From: a phage
Assembly (NCBI GenBank): GCA_014161675.1
Contig: GCA_014161675.1_4760.2
DNA: 53,227 nt
Reading direction: 5' to 3' (one strand)
Below are positions 43,622 through 53,128 of this stretch, in pieces (the stretch's first letter is position 1; each line of letters starts with the position of its first letter). The position numbers and the translations under genes are program-made. The notes under the pieces were generated by a model that was not told the DNA's origin, ran no database searches, and worked only from the letters and a program-made list of their open reading frames with translations.

Positions 43622-44595
43622 TATACGAACTCCAATTCAACCATTAATTGCATTAACAAAAAGACAATGTGAATCTCTTTATCAGCCGCGTGTGCAAACA
43701 TCTGATTATTTTCACCGATAATCTCGGTCAGACGGATAATCGACGCTGGCTTAACTTGAGTATACAACTCATTATAAAGTTTCTTGACAAATTGAGCGTA
43801 TGTATTGGTATATCGCGGTGCAAGTTTACGCACATTAGCAAACTGTTTAGTTTTAAGTGCTTCCACCACATCGGTTACTTCGGTATTGCTACTTTCGATA
43901 ACCATGCTCAATACGCCAGCATCAATTTTACCGTGTTTAGCGTAGCGGTCCAAAAGTTTCATTACGCGCCGGAAGTCTGGAAAGTTCTGCTTAACCAGTT
44001 CCGCTAATACGCGCATTTCTTCTACTGGCACACCTTCTTTATCAAGAATTGCTTTACACCGGACGATCATTTCTTTCATCATGCGAAGCTGATCATCTTT
44101 AGTCGGAGATCCAAACGTGATGGGGTCAAAACGAGATCGTAACGCTGGGATAATACCTTCTAGATCGTTTGCTGTGATAATGAATGTTACATTGTTTGAG
44201 TATGCCTCAGAGAAACTACGCAAGTGTCTTTGAGCGTCAGCCAACCCCGCTCGGTCATACTCATCGATAATAACAACTTTGCCTTTTTCTCGTTTTTCTT
44301 CATCGAGTGATACACTCTGCGCAAAGCGTGTAATCTCATCGCGGATAAAATCAATCTTACAATCTGCGCCGTTAACAAACAGATAATCGACACCCACATC
44401 TTCGCAAAGCGCCTTAGCAACGGTTGTTTTACCAGTACCCGGCGATGGGCTATGCAGAATCATTGAAGGGATTCGGCCCTGCTTAACAATCTGCGCGAAG
44501 ATCTTTTTATCTGCTTCCGGCAGAATACATTCAGAAATTGATTTCGGACGATATTTCTGTTCCCACTGAAACTCATTTTCATTAACACTCAGCAT
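43621..44595 (-). CDS. 44: Clamp loader large subunit gp44 (AAA+)
   Basis: Walker A SPSPGTGKTT, VIIDEYDR, sensor region; recalled T4 gp44 similarity. Start set at the ATG (MLSVNENEF) after GAGAGGTGA. Confidence 0.92.
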   Translation of the reverse strand: MLSVNENEFQWEQKYRPKSISECILPEADKKIFAQIVKQGRIPSMILHSPSPGTGKTTVAKALCEDVGVDYLFVNGADCKIDFIRDEITRFAQSVSLDEEKREKGKVVIIDEYDRAGLADAQRHLRSFSEAYSNNVTFIITANDLEGIIPALRSRFDPITFGSPTKDDQLRMMKEMIVRCKAILDKEGVPVEEMRVLAELVKQNFPDFRRVMKLLDRYAKHGKIDAGVLSMVIESSNTEVTDVVEALKTKQFANVRKLAPRYTNTYAQFVKKLYNELYTQVKPASIIRLTEIIGENNQMFAHAADKEIHIVFLLMQLMVELEFV

Positions 44596-44626
44596 ATAAT
44601 CACCTCTCACAAATTACATCATTAAA

Positions 44627-44646
44627 ACGGGGAGTATTTACACTCC
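44627..44646 (-). promoter_or_regulatory. 5'-leader hairpin of the 44/62/regA transcript
   Basis: Minus strand GGGGAGT-GTAAAT-ACTCCCC between the promoter at 44655-44683 and the gene 44 ribosome-binding site. Confidence 0.4.
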
Positions 44647-44654
44647 CCACAAAC

Positions 44655-44683
44655 ATTATATTAGTCGGTGTAGCTGGAGTCAA
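44655..44683 (-). promoter_or_regulatory. Sigma70-type promoter at the end of gene 45
   Basis: Minus strand TTGACT (44678-44683), 17-bp spacer, TATAAT (44655-44660). Confidence 0.55.
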
Positions 44684-45350
44684 GGTCACACGCGATCATA
44701 TAAGATACGGTTTCACTTGCCAGCCATACAGCCTTACGGCGAGTGAAGCTCAGTTTGTAATCGCCGAAGTCAGTAGCAACCAGTTTCATGTTATCTTTAC
44801 GAATAAAGAAATGGAAGTCGGCGGTTCCGGCATATTCGCCCATGTCAAGACAAAACATCTCATTAGGATTATTTTTGTCAATCTCTTCCCAACCTTTGAT
44901 CATCAGACGACCATCAATCGGAAGAAATTCAAGGCGATCCACTTTAAGCTGGTTGCTCATTTTCATAAGCTGTTTCAGATCGTCGTTGCTCAGTTCGTAA
45001 TCTACATCACTTGCAGGTGGAGTAACTCGGCCTTTCGGTGATACGATAGCAGCAGCACTAGCACCAGGATAATTAATTTTCAGACGATCATTAGACACAC
45101 GAATGTTACCAGTGCGGTTATCAACCGTAATATCTGCTTCATCGCCTACCAGATTCAGAATACCCAAGAAAGAGTTAAGATCATAGATCCCGATTTCGTG
45201 TTCCAGTTCTTGATTCAGAGTCGCTTCACCATATACAACGTTTGTCATGTTTTTGGTGATCAGGACGTTTCCTTTTTTCAGGATGATACCTGGGTTAATA
45301 GCGGAAAAGTTTTTAAGGGTAGCAATGGTTTCTTTAGTCAGTTTCATCAA
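44661..45350 (-). CDS. 45: Sliding clamp gp45
   Basis: 229 aa; recalled T4 gp45 similarity (LKNFS.IN.GI.LK, IYDLN.FLGIL.LV); position between 44 and rpbA. Confidence 0.9.
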   Translation of the reverse strand: MMKLTKETIATLKNFSAINPGIILKKGNVLITKNMTNVVYGEATLNQELEHEIGIYDLNSFLGILNLVGDEADITVDNRTGNIRVSNDRLKINYPGASAAAIVSPKGRVTPPASDVDYELSNDDLKQLMKMSNQLKVDRLEFLPIDGRLMIKGWEEIDKNNPNEMFCLDMGEYAGTADFHFFIRKDNMKLVATDFGDYKLSFTRRKAVWLASETVSYMIACDLDSSYTD

Positions 45351-45377
45351 ATCACCTTTATCATGTTAATCAATTAA

Positions 45378-45755
45378 TTATGGGTTTACTGCGTGTTCGT
45401 TACGAATCTTGAGCATTTTGTTTTGGAAGTTTTCCGCAGCTTGCTCATCAATAGTATGAGTATATCTGAATCCAATGTATGCCGTCAAGTATTGTTGCAG
45501 AGCATAGACAGTAACAGGATTCTTTGCGGTCTTCTTGCCTTCGAGATATACCAGATCCCCGCAAGGTTCAAAAGCAAGTTTACGACGAATCACATTATCA
45601 ACAAACTCATCAACAACAAAATGCCAAATGTTGCTATCGGTTCCAATATCAAAATTAACCACACTGCCACGTTTGACATAATCAAACGGTATCGGGAATA
45701 GTTTATAGTCAAGTTCGATAAACATTAATTGTTCTTTTAAGCTCATACGTTTCAT
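45378..45755 (-). CDS. Hypothetical protein, positional counterpart of T4 rpbA
   Basis: Start trimmed to the Met of MKRMSL to avoid overlap with the upstream gene. Assignment by position and size only. Confidence 0.45.
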   Translation of the reverse strand: MKRMSLKEQLMFIELDYKLFPIPFDYVKRGSVVNFDIGTDSNIWHFVVDEFVDNVIRRKLAFEPCGDLVYLEGKKTAKNPVTVYALQQYLTAYIGFRYTHTIDEQAAENFQNKMLKIRNEHAVNP

Positions 45756-45759
45756 TCTA

Positions 45760-46152
45760 TCACTTCCCATCAGCAATTGCGATCAGACGAGTTACTACTA
45801 CGCTAGCGGCTTCAATCAGCAGTTCATCAGTGTCAATCTGATAACCTTTTTCGAGAATATCTTTACCTCGAATAGTTTTAGCGCCTTTAGCAATTGAATC
45901 ATCGTAATACTTGCGCATTGCAGCGATCCATTCTTTTTGCACCATATCATCAATATGCGCGTACAGTTCAAAGCGTGCTTGCTGCGGGATAACCTTCATT
46001 TTAGCTTTCTCGCTTTCTGGCATTTGTAGTACCCACGCTTTACGGATCTTGTTCATTGCTCTGTCAAATTCGAGACTGGTTTTCTTGTTCTGAATGTCTG
46101 CTACAGTAATTTTAGCCAGGTTTGCGGAAGTAGTCATAATATTAATCTCCAA
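45760..46152 (-). CDS. Hypothetical protein (130 aa)
   Basis: ORF between 46 and 45. Confidence 0.45.
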   Translation of the reverse strand: MEINIMTTSANLAKITVADIQNKKTSLEFDRAMNKIRKAWVLQMPESEKAKMKVIPQQARFELYAHIDDMVQKEWIAAMRKYYDDSIAKGAKTIRGKDILEKGYQIDTDELLIEAASVVVTRLIAIADGK

Positions 46153-46167
46153 AATAAAATCAGTATA

Positions 46168-46398
46168 TCACGTTCTAAAGTTTGTTGCAACCCCAGCATC
46201 AGGGTAATCAAGTTTATCAAAGTTGGGGACCAGCATAAACTCATGATGACGGCAAGACAACATTTTTGTTATGTCTTCATCGCTGTATATGCTGTTTTTC
46301 ATATCCCCCATACTAACTACATATTCTTCACCGGAATATAGATTGATTAAGGTATACAATTCTAACTCCGGCTGCGTTACTCTGTCAAATGTTAACAT
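46168..46398 (-). CDS. Hypothetical protein (76 aa)
   Basis: ORF; its start overlaps the gene 46 stop. Confidence 0.4.
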   Translation of the reverse strand: MLTFDRVTQPELELYTLINLYSGEEYVVSMGDMKNSIYSDEDITKMLSCRHHEFMLVPNFDKLDYPDAGVATNFRT

Positions 46399-48082
46399 TC
46401 ATTTCAGTGAATCGCCCACGTTTAACCATCTTGAGATGACGGCTAAAATCATCAGGGTTATGGTCACGATGGCTGATAATATACACGTTATCATCTAACT
46501 TGTCAATGATGGAATCAAGTGCTTTTACGCCTTGAACGTCCGTAGCCCCATCATAAATTTCGTCGAGTACCAACAAAGAAATATTAGTACCAGATACTTT
46601 ACCAGCAACATCACGCCATGTAAAGAGCATCGCAAGGTCAATACGTGCTTTTTCGCCTTGACTGAATGATGTATACGAAAACGATTCACGCCCCCGTGAT
46701 TTGATTGTTTCGTTAAACTCTTCATCTAGCGTAAAGATATAATCCGCTTCCATGATATCAAGATAATACGCAATCCGATCATTGAAATATGGAATATATT
46801 TCTTGACGATAGACGCCTTAACACCGGAATCCTTCAACATTTCTGTTACAAATCCACGATGATATTTTTCAAGAACTAGCTTTGATTTTTCATTAGTAAT
46901 CTCTACCAGTTCGTGTTCCAGTTTAGCAAGTTCTTCGGAATTGTCAACCCTTTCTTTTTGTAATTCCTGAATTGCTTTCTGGATCTGTTTAGCCCGACCT
47001 ACAGATGCCGTTAAATTCGCTCGCTGCGACTCTATAGCGCGTTTAATTTCCAAGACCTTAGTTTGTGCTGCCTGGAAAGAATTGGCTTTCTCTGCGTATT
47101 CTACGCGTTTCTCGTCAATCAGAGACAGTTTATGTTCCGCTTGTGCCTTTTGTTCGCGTACAGCCTGATCATTACCCTGAATGATTGGTTGTGTGCACGT
47201 AGGACAGATCCCGCCTTTCTCGTGCATATGGATAACACGGTCAAAGTTCTGGATCTGCGCACCAATCTGTGCGATAGCAGTATTAATTTTAGCCAATGCT
47301 GCGCTAGGATCTTCCGGCATAACAACAGCCAATAGCTCATCGGTCAAGCGAGTTTCTTCGGCTTTAAATGCTTTAGCCGATTCCACCTCTTTATCATACA
47401 TATTCTGTAAACGCTGGAGATTCTCGGCACTCGCCTTGCTAGCGTCTTCTATGTACTTTTTATGAGTGTTGATTTGTTGCTGAACGTGATTAGCTTTCAT
47501 TTCCTGCATTTGGATATTCTGGGTAATCTCTCGCACATACGCTTTATTCAGTTTATCCATTTCGCCTAGCGTAGCAATGTCAAGCAAATCCTCGACCAGT
47601 TTACGGCGACCCGCTGCCGGAAGACTCATAAACGGAACATAACCAGCAGTGCCTAAAACAACGATCTGTTTAAAGCTGGCTAGGTTCATTCCTATGATAC
47701 CTTCAAAATATTCCTGAAAGTCTTTGGTGCTTGCGCTCTCGTCGATCTTTTGACCGTCGCGATGCACTTCGAATACTTCCGGTTTTTGACCACGTTTGAT
47801 ATAAAACTCTTTCCCGTCCAGTTCAAACCAGACTTCGACTAACAGTTTCTTTTTGTTGACGCTGTTAATCAATTGGCCTTTCTTGATACTACGAAACGGT
47901 TTACCGAACAACACAAAGCAAAGCGCCTCGATCATTGTTGATTTACCAGCACCGTTAACACCAGTGATTAGTGTCTTTTTGAATCCGTCTAGCTGAATCT
48001 CTACAGGTTCAGCACCCACGCTCATTATATTTTGATAGCGCAAGGTTTTAAAATTTAACTTTGCCATTAATCCACTCCGCAA
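46385..48082 (-). CDS. 46: Recombination endonuclease subunit gp46 (Rad50/SbcC-like ATPase)
   Basis: 565 aa; Walker A GVNGAGKST, central coiled coil with a CxxC zinc hook (CPTCTQ), C-terminal signature and Walker B (LLVLDE). Confidence 0.92.
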   Translation of the reverse strand: MRSGLMAKLNFKTLRYQNIMSVGAEPVEIQLDGFKKTLITGVNGAGKSTMIEALCFVLFGKPFRSIKKGQLINSVNKKKLLVEVWFELDGKEFYIKRGQKPEVFEVHRDGQKIDESASTKDFQEYFEGIIGMNLASFKQIVVLGTAGYVPFMSLPAAGRRKLVEDLLDIATLGEMDKLNKAYVREITQNIQMQEMKANHVQQQINTHKKYIEDASKASAENLQRLQNMYDKEVESAKAFKAEETRLTDELLAVVMPEDPSAALAKINTAIAQIGAQIQNFDRVIHMHEKGGICPTCTQPIIQGNDQAVREQKAQAEHKLSLIDEKRVEYAEKANSFQAAQTKVLEIKRAIESQRANLTASVGRAKQIQKAIQELQKERVDNSEELAKLEHELVEITNEKSKLVLEKYHRGFVTEMLKDSGVKASIVKKYIPYFNDRIAYYLDIMEADYIFTLDEEFNETIKSRGRESFSYTSFSQGEKARIDLAMLFTWRDVAGKVSGTNISLLVLDEIYDGATDVQGVKALDSIIDKLDDNVYIISHRDHNPDDFSRHLKMVKRGRFTEMNVNI

Positions 48083-48311
48083 TCACACATTCCATAATAT
48101 TAAATGCTAACACATCTTCATCAATGTTGTAAACACTTGCCGCCTTCACTTTAACTAATGTGTCTCTGCGATCTGGCAACATGATCACATAATCCAGTGT
48201 CGCAGGATCATATGTCATAAAGGGATCAACATAAATCCCTTTATTCAATGCCAGATATTCGCGAAGACCTTCTATAACCCTGTGTCTAAGGTAGGTCATC
48301 GATAGAATCAT
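48048..48311 (-). CDS. Hypothetical protein (87 aa)
   Basis: ORF in the 46-47 gap. Confidence 0.4.
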   Translation of the reverse strand: MILSMTYLRHRVIEGLREYLALNKGIYVDPFMTYDPATLDYVIMLPDRRDTLVKVKAASVYNIDEDVLAFNIMECVIAEWINGKVKF

Positions 48312-48892
48312 TTTAGTTTATGTTCCTCTAAAAATTCTTCAATTTCACCTTGCAGGTCTTCCGCTTGCTGTTCCAGAATATCGCGAAATTCACCTACAGT
48401 CAAGCGGTAATCACATTTCACCAGTCGATGTGGGAGAATATACCCTTTATACATCGTCTCTGACGCTTCCAGGAATACCCCGCTATGCATGACAGAGACC
48501 CAACCTGTTAGCGTCAATGGAGTATTAGGAAAATAATATTTGCTGGATTGTTTCCACTGGACGAAAGCACCATATACAATCGGATTATATTCACCAACCA
48601 CACTCTTAATAATGGATTCTACTTTGTCTTTTACAAAGTCGCCAATATCCATAGTTATCATCAACTCTTTTGGATTAATGATTTTAAGGTAACGACGGTA
48701 GCCGTCATCATACCACATCTTAACAACTGACCGATCAATATTCGCTTTCAGATAGCCATAGATCGGATTCTTGTAATATGATTGTTTTAGTGTGTAGGTG
48801 TGCACCAATTTAATAAAATGTTCCATTACCAACAAATCAGAATCAGCCGCGACCATAGTCGTATTCATAATATGTTCCTCGTTCAATCTCAT
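48308..48892 (-). CDS. Hypothetical protein (194 aa)
   Basis: ORF in the 46-47 gap. Confidence 0.45.
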   Translation of the reverse strand: MRLNEEHIMNTTMVAADSDLLVMEHFIKLVHTYTLKQSYYKNPIYGYLKANIDRSVVKMWYDDGYRRYLKIINPKELMITMDIGDFVKDKVESIIKSVVGEYNPIVYGAFVQWKQSSKYYFPNTPLTLTGWVSVMHSGVFLEASETMYKGYILPHRLVKCDYRLTVGEFRDILEQQAEDLQGEIEEFLEEHKLK

Positions 48893-49160
48893 ATTGTTTC
48901 AGGTCTTCTAAAAGTTCATCCACTGCTTGTTTCAGCACATGACGCAGCGTAAAGTAATAGCTTTCATCAAATTCTATTTCCGCGCGAGGAATAGAACGAA
49001 ACTTACACTTAACAGTAGTATCAGTGAGTCGCTTTTCGACCATCATCCGAACTTCTTCATGCTCTTTGGAATACCATACATCAACGGAGATCCCCTTACG
49101 TCGAGCAAACATAGGCAATGCCGCATTAAATTCCATTACCTTTTGTGCAAGTGTTTTCAT
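48843..49160 (-). CDS. Hypothetical protein (105 aa)
   Basis: ORF in the 46-47 gap; the start may be further downstream because of overlap with the upstream gene. Confidence 0.4.
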   Translation of the reverse strand: MKTLAQKVMEFNAALPMFARRKGISVDVWYSKEHEEVRMMVEKRLTDTTVKCKFRSIPRAEIEFDESYYFTLRHVLKQAVDELLEDLKQYEIERGTYYEYDYGRG

Positions 49161-49420
49161 CGTACAGACCCCATAGATCCACGCGCAATAACATTCTGGG
49201 TAATATCAGCAACCTTACGGGATACAATGTTTGTTAGCCCCTCTTTGGTGATATGTTCACGATCAAATGGGATTTCGTCATGAGTCCACAAACCATAGTT
49301 AGACCGAAATGATAGCATATACTGACCATCTCGCACAACCTCAAATACATGGATCTTAGTGAATTTCGATAAACCTTCGTTGATTTCTTTCAATGCATTA
49401 GTAATCATAACAACCTCCAA
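49157..49420 (-). CDS. Hypothetical protein (87 aa)
   Basis: ORF with GGAGG upstream and its own promoter. Confidence 0.45.
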   Translation of the reverse strand: MEVVMITNALKEINEGLSKFTKIHVFEVVRDGQYMLSFRSNYGLWTHDEIPFDREHITKEGLTNIVSRKVADITQNVIARGSMGSVR

Positions 49421-49433
49421 TCAATTTTTAGAG

Positions 49434-49462
49434 AGTATAACGGGGATTTCTCCCCGCGTCAA
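49434..49462 (-). promoter_or_regulatory. Sigma70-type promoter downstream of gene 47
   Basis: Minus strand TTGACG (49457-49462), 17-bp spacer containing the palindrome CGGGGA-GAAA-TCCCCG, TATACT (49434-49439). Confidence 0.5.
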
Positions 49463-50488
49463 CTAACTTTTTGCGCTATTTACCTCGGCTAAAAGTTCAT
49501 CAGAAATACGCTTGACCGCCGCAAGTTCTTCCGGTTCTAGGTTTTGTTCTTCCAGATATTCATAGACCATCTGAATAGTGCTTTTAACTTCAATAACACC
49601 TGTTTCCTGTGATGCGCTACTCTCCAGCTTATGGACCACTTTTAGCTTGTGTACAACGGCCTCTAACGCGCTTTCTAACTTAGTTAACCCATTATCAGCG
49701 ACCGTTGCGATAAGACGCACACTAAGCCCCTTAAAGCGTTCTACATCGATTTTATCATCTGACGGGTAAGTGATACGCACATGATAAGTTTTCTCATTCT
49801 GGATAAACTCCTTTTTGTGTGTATCGGTATCGAATACCCAAAAACCACGCGGATCGTTTTCGTCACCAGCCGTTAGTGTGTATGGTGTACCAATATACGT
49901 TACGTTACCGCCATCACTGATAGTATGAAAGTGACCAGAAAACACTTCACGGTATTTCTTGAGGAAGTCCGCGCTATAACCTTCTGATTTTAGCCCTTTA
50001 TAGAAATAGTAACCGGACAATTCCCAATGGCCTACACAATATTCGCTGAATGAGTTTTGAATAAACTCTAAAATCTCTGATTTATTGTCATCACAAAACC
50101 ACGGGAACAGATCAAATGATACACCATCAAAGGTAACTGTTTCCGGTTTATCGATAACCTTAATGCAATCATACTGGCTTAACACTTCACGCGGTGCGTT
50201 AGGCTGGATCTTATTGCGCTTAAACATATCATGATTCCCGACCGTGATATAACAAGTAATACCAGCCTCTTCCAGTAACGGAATGACCTTAGTGCGGTTA
50301 AATTTCATGGTTTCATGGGTAATTGCTTTTCGGCAATCAAACCAATCTCCTGTTTGAATCCATGTCTTAATATTATGCTCTTTGGAGTATTCAACCGCTT
50401 TCTTGATGGTATCAAGAATATACTCGTGCACCCACGGATCATCGCCACCGATACCAGTATGCAGATCACCTAAAAGCAAAATTTTCAT
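49463..50488 (-). CDS. 47: Recombination nuclease gp47 (Mre11/SbcD-like)
   Basis: 341 aa; calcineurin-like phosphoesterase motifs (LLLGDLHTG, QTGDWFD, GNHD, GHFH). Confidence 0.92.
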   Translation of the reverse strand: MKILLLGDLHTGIGGDDPWVHEYILDTIKKAVEYSKEHNIKTWIQTGDWFDCRKAITHETMKFNRTKVIPLLEEAGITCYITVGNHDMFKRNKIQPNAPREVLSQYDCIKVIDKPETVTFDGVSFDLFPWFCDDNKSEILEFIQNSFSEYCVGHWELSGYYFYKGLKSEGYSADFLKKYREVFSGHFHTISDGGNVTYIGTPYTLTAGDENDPRGFWVFDTDTHKKEFIQNEKTYHVRITYPSDDKIDVERFKGLSVRLIATVADNGLTKLESALEAVVHKLKVVHKLESSASQETGVIEVKSTIQMVYEYLEEQNLEPEELAAVKRISDELLAEVNSAKS

Positions 50489-50532
50489 AGTCTCTTCCTC
50501 TCTTCGTTTTCGATGCTCTCACTATATCACAG

Positions 50533-50560
50533 AAAAATAAAAAGGGAAACCCTTTTCAGA
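50533..50560 (-). terminator. Rho-independent terminator upstream of gene 47
   Basis: Minus strand GAAAAGGG-TTTC-CCTTTTT followed by ATTTTTCT. Confidence 0.7.
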
Positions 50561-50578
50561 GTCTCCCTTATAAAGCCA

Positions 50579-50866
50579 TTACAGCATACTTAATACCGTT
50601 TGCCGTGTACTAATCCACATAGCAGAAAGCAGTTCTGGCGTGTGTGGCTGTTTGTAGATATCACGTAATTTTCCGATAGCGTAGATATACGCATCACGGT
50701 TATCATCGATGATAGCTTGTTCAGCCCACCGCTTAAGGCGTGCAATCTCTTGCGAGTTCTTACGCAAGATCTTTTCCGCTTTCTTAGCGGCTTTAGCCTC
50801 TAGTTCTGCTTGTACTTTGTCTACTTCATTCACCGCAATCTGGTCATGCTGTTCATCGTAAGTCAT
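50579..50866 (-). CDS. Hypothetical protein (95 aa)
   Basis: ORF between 55 and 47. Confidence 0.45.
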   Translation of the reverse strand: MTYDEQHDQIAVNEVDKVQAELEAKAAKKAEKILRKNSQEIARLKRWAEQAIIDDNRDAYIYAIGKLRDIYKQPHTPELLSAMWISTRQTVLSML

Positions 50867-50867
50867 G

Positions 50868-51101
50868 TTATTTTCCTTCTGGGATATAGTCGATGATTAA
50901 AGAAAATTCATCTTCTGATACATTATAGCTATGTGAGATTGTACCCGTCAAGACCTCAAGATCCGGTGATTTGATATTGCACGGATCGATAATCACCGGA
51001 ACGCCGCAATCTCTCAAAAATAATTTGGCGAAATACGGCACGAGGTCAGTTTCAAACTCTGCTTCTTCCAGCAAACGGGAAATGTTAATTTTCAATCTCA
51101 T
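50868..51101 (-). CDS. Hypothetical protein (77 aa)
   Basis: ORF occupying the slot where T4 carries alpha-gt. Confidence 0.4.
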   Translation of the reverse strand: MRLKINISRLLEEAEFETDLVPYFAKLFLRDCGVPVIIDPCNIKSPDLEVLTGTISHSYNVSEDEFSLIIDYIPEGK

Positions 51102-51618
51102 AAAATTGGTCCAGGCTAGGCAATTCCTCGGTCAATACATCTTCAACCTTTGGCGCTTTCGGTTTATTGACCGATTCCTCGTAGTTGTTGATTTTATCGT
51201 AAATGTCCTGTATGAATGCCTCATCAGCAATCTGGCACATATCAGCGTCGCGTTCGTCATATACATGATGCACAAAATATTTGTATTTTGCGGCTGTCGC
51301 TGTTCTCTCTTTTTTAATGCGCTGTACAAAAGCATTAAAGCACGCTTGCGTGATGTAAGCATGAGGATTTTTATACTTTGTCTCGTCAAAATTAATCAAA
51401 CCCTTGACCGCCGCTTCGATTCCGTCGTCGATCATTTCTTCGCGCCATGTTTGACTATAACCAGAAAAGTTAAAACGACGTGATAGATTTTTGGAGATTT
51501 GCATAATTGCTAGGCCGATTTGATCGCTCATTGGAACTTGCCGACCTTCTGCTGCAATTTGTTGTTTCCAACGGCAAATTTCTTCGTAAAGCTCTTTATT
51601 GTTTACATAATCAGACAC
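51085..51618 (-). CDS. 55: Late-transcription sigma factor gp55
   Basis: 177 aa; recalled T4 gp55 similarity ([51 protein letters not shown]). Confidence 0.92.
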   Translation of the reverse strand: MSDYVNNKELYEEICRWKQQIAAEGRQVPMSDQIGLAIMQISKNLSRRFNFSGYSQTWREEMIDDGIEAAVKGLINFDETKYKNPHAYITQACFNAFVQRIKKERTATAAKYKYFVHHVYDERDADMCQIADEAFIQDIYDKINNYEESVNKPKAPKVEDVLTEELPSLDQFYEIEN

Positions 51619-51658
51619 TTCGCACCCTCGCTATTATTTAGGAAATAACCCTTTCGGG

Positions 51659-53128
51659 CTATTCCCCATTGCCATTATACTTTCTTTGCTTAGTTATCCA
51701 CACTCTAACCATCTCTACAGATTCGCCGTCAGACGGATCAAGAGTTTTTCCTTTTTTCTTCATGCGGTACTTAAATCCGTTAAATCTTGCATTCTCTTGC
51801 TCGTTAAAGTCGAACATCTTTTTAAATGATTTTCGCCCTTTACGCTCACCACATTCTAGCGGAATCATTCGGTCTGTTATTACATTGGCATTAGGTAGAA
51901 ACGTTTTTAGATAATCCACCAACGCCCAATCAGGAACATATAGATTAACATTCTCCTTGCTCTCGTTGTCTCTCAGGTTACAACGCAAACATAATTGAAA
52001 TGCTGGTTCCAGATAATCAGACACATGACGCGCTTTCAAAAACTCGTTTGTCGGGAGATCACAACTATTAGCAAGACCTTTTAAAATATCAATCTCCCAT
52101 CGTTGAGGGTTAAAGCTGAACATCACAGCAACATTTTTATGATGAATGTAAGAGTTAAGACCATAAGATCCGTAAGGTATCCGCTCACCAATACCATTTG
52201 TGCACGCTTCACGGTCCCGATTCACGGTATAAATGAAGTCATCACCACATTCATTTTTAACCATATCAACAAGACGTTCAAAGGTATTGTTTGTTTCTGA
52301 CTGGTGACGCGACCATCGTTCGGAGTCCGTCATAAGGATGATGTTAACTCTATCTGTATTTTTATACTCTTTGAAATATAGTCTGGATTCTAGCGCACTC
52401 GGAACAAAATCGCAATTTGCATAGTATCGTAGATACTTCCCACTATATGTATCAAAGAGATTTGCACATGCTATCGTAACCTTTTTAAAGTCTCCCCACG
52501 TACCGTGTTTGTTATCGTTCAAGAAAACAATTTTCGACCCATTCTTCCGGTGTCCTTCGTTATGTTTTACCATAACGTTGATTTTCTTCTCTAATAACGC
52601 CTCATAAAGCCCTCTAAGAGAAGAATCGATCATATCAGTACCATCCTTCGCACTTTCTATCTTTTCTTTGATAGCGGCCTTCTCAGAGTCTTTTAGAACT
52701 AAGTTCTGTAGGCATTCCGATTCGTCGGCGATTGGTTCGCAATGCTTCGTGATAAGTTCAAGATTAGACTTAAACGGATACTCATTAAATTCAACCAGTT
52801 GAGGAACTTCATCAATGTAAAGAGCATAATCACCAAACATTTTTGAACGTTCCATATTAGATAACGCTGTATGTGTAATGAATATCACATCAGCACCGTC
52901 TTTAACTGATTGCATTATCGACGCTTGCACTGTCTTAAGGCTTCTTAGTCGTGTGCTATCAATCAAGACAGCACGACCGCCCATTCTTTTAAACTTATTG
53001 TAAGATTGTTCACTTAAAACACGAGATGGCGAAGCAATAACCGCTTTTTCTTTTGTCTCTAGGACGTGGGAAAGTATAGCATCAGTTTTCCCCGCCGCTG
53101 GCAATGCGATTAATGTTTCAATCTTCAT
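51659..53128 (-). CDS. Uncharacterised P-loop NTPase (489 aa)
   Basis: N-terminal Walker A LPAAGKTDAIL and Walker B-like ALYIDEVPQ about 95 residues later; the large C-terminal region has no motif I recognise. Its ATG overlaps the stop of the upstream gene (TAATG). Confidence 0.55.
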   Translation of the reverse strand: MKIETLIALPAAGKTDAILSHVLETKEKAVIASPSRVLSEQSYNKFKRMGGRAVLIDSTRLRSLKTVQASIMQSVKDGADVIFITHTALSNMERSKMFGDYALYIDEVPQLVEFNEYPFKSNLELITKHCEPIADESECLQNLVLKDSEKAAIKEKIESAKDGTDMIDSSLRGLYEALLEKKINVMVKHNEGHRKNGSKIVFLNDNKHGTWGDFKKVTIACANLFDTYSGKYLRYYANCDFVPSALESRLYFKEYKNTDRVNIILMTDSERWSRHQSETNNTFERLVDMVKNECGDDFIYTVNRDREACTNGIGERIPYGSYGLNSYIHHKNVAVMFSFNPQRWEIDILKGLANSCDLPTNEFLKARHVSDYLEPAFQLCLRCNLRDNESKENVNLYVPDWALVDYLKTFLPNANVITDRMIPLECGERKGRKSFKKMFDFNEQENARFNGFKYRMKKKGKTLDPSDGESVEMVRVWITKQRKYNGNGE

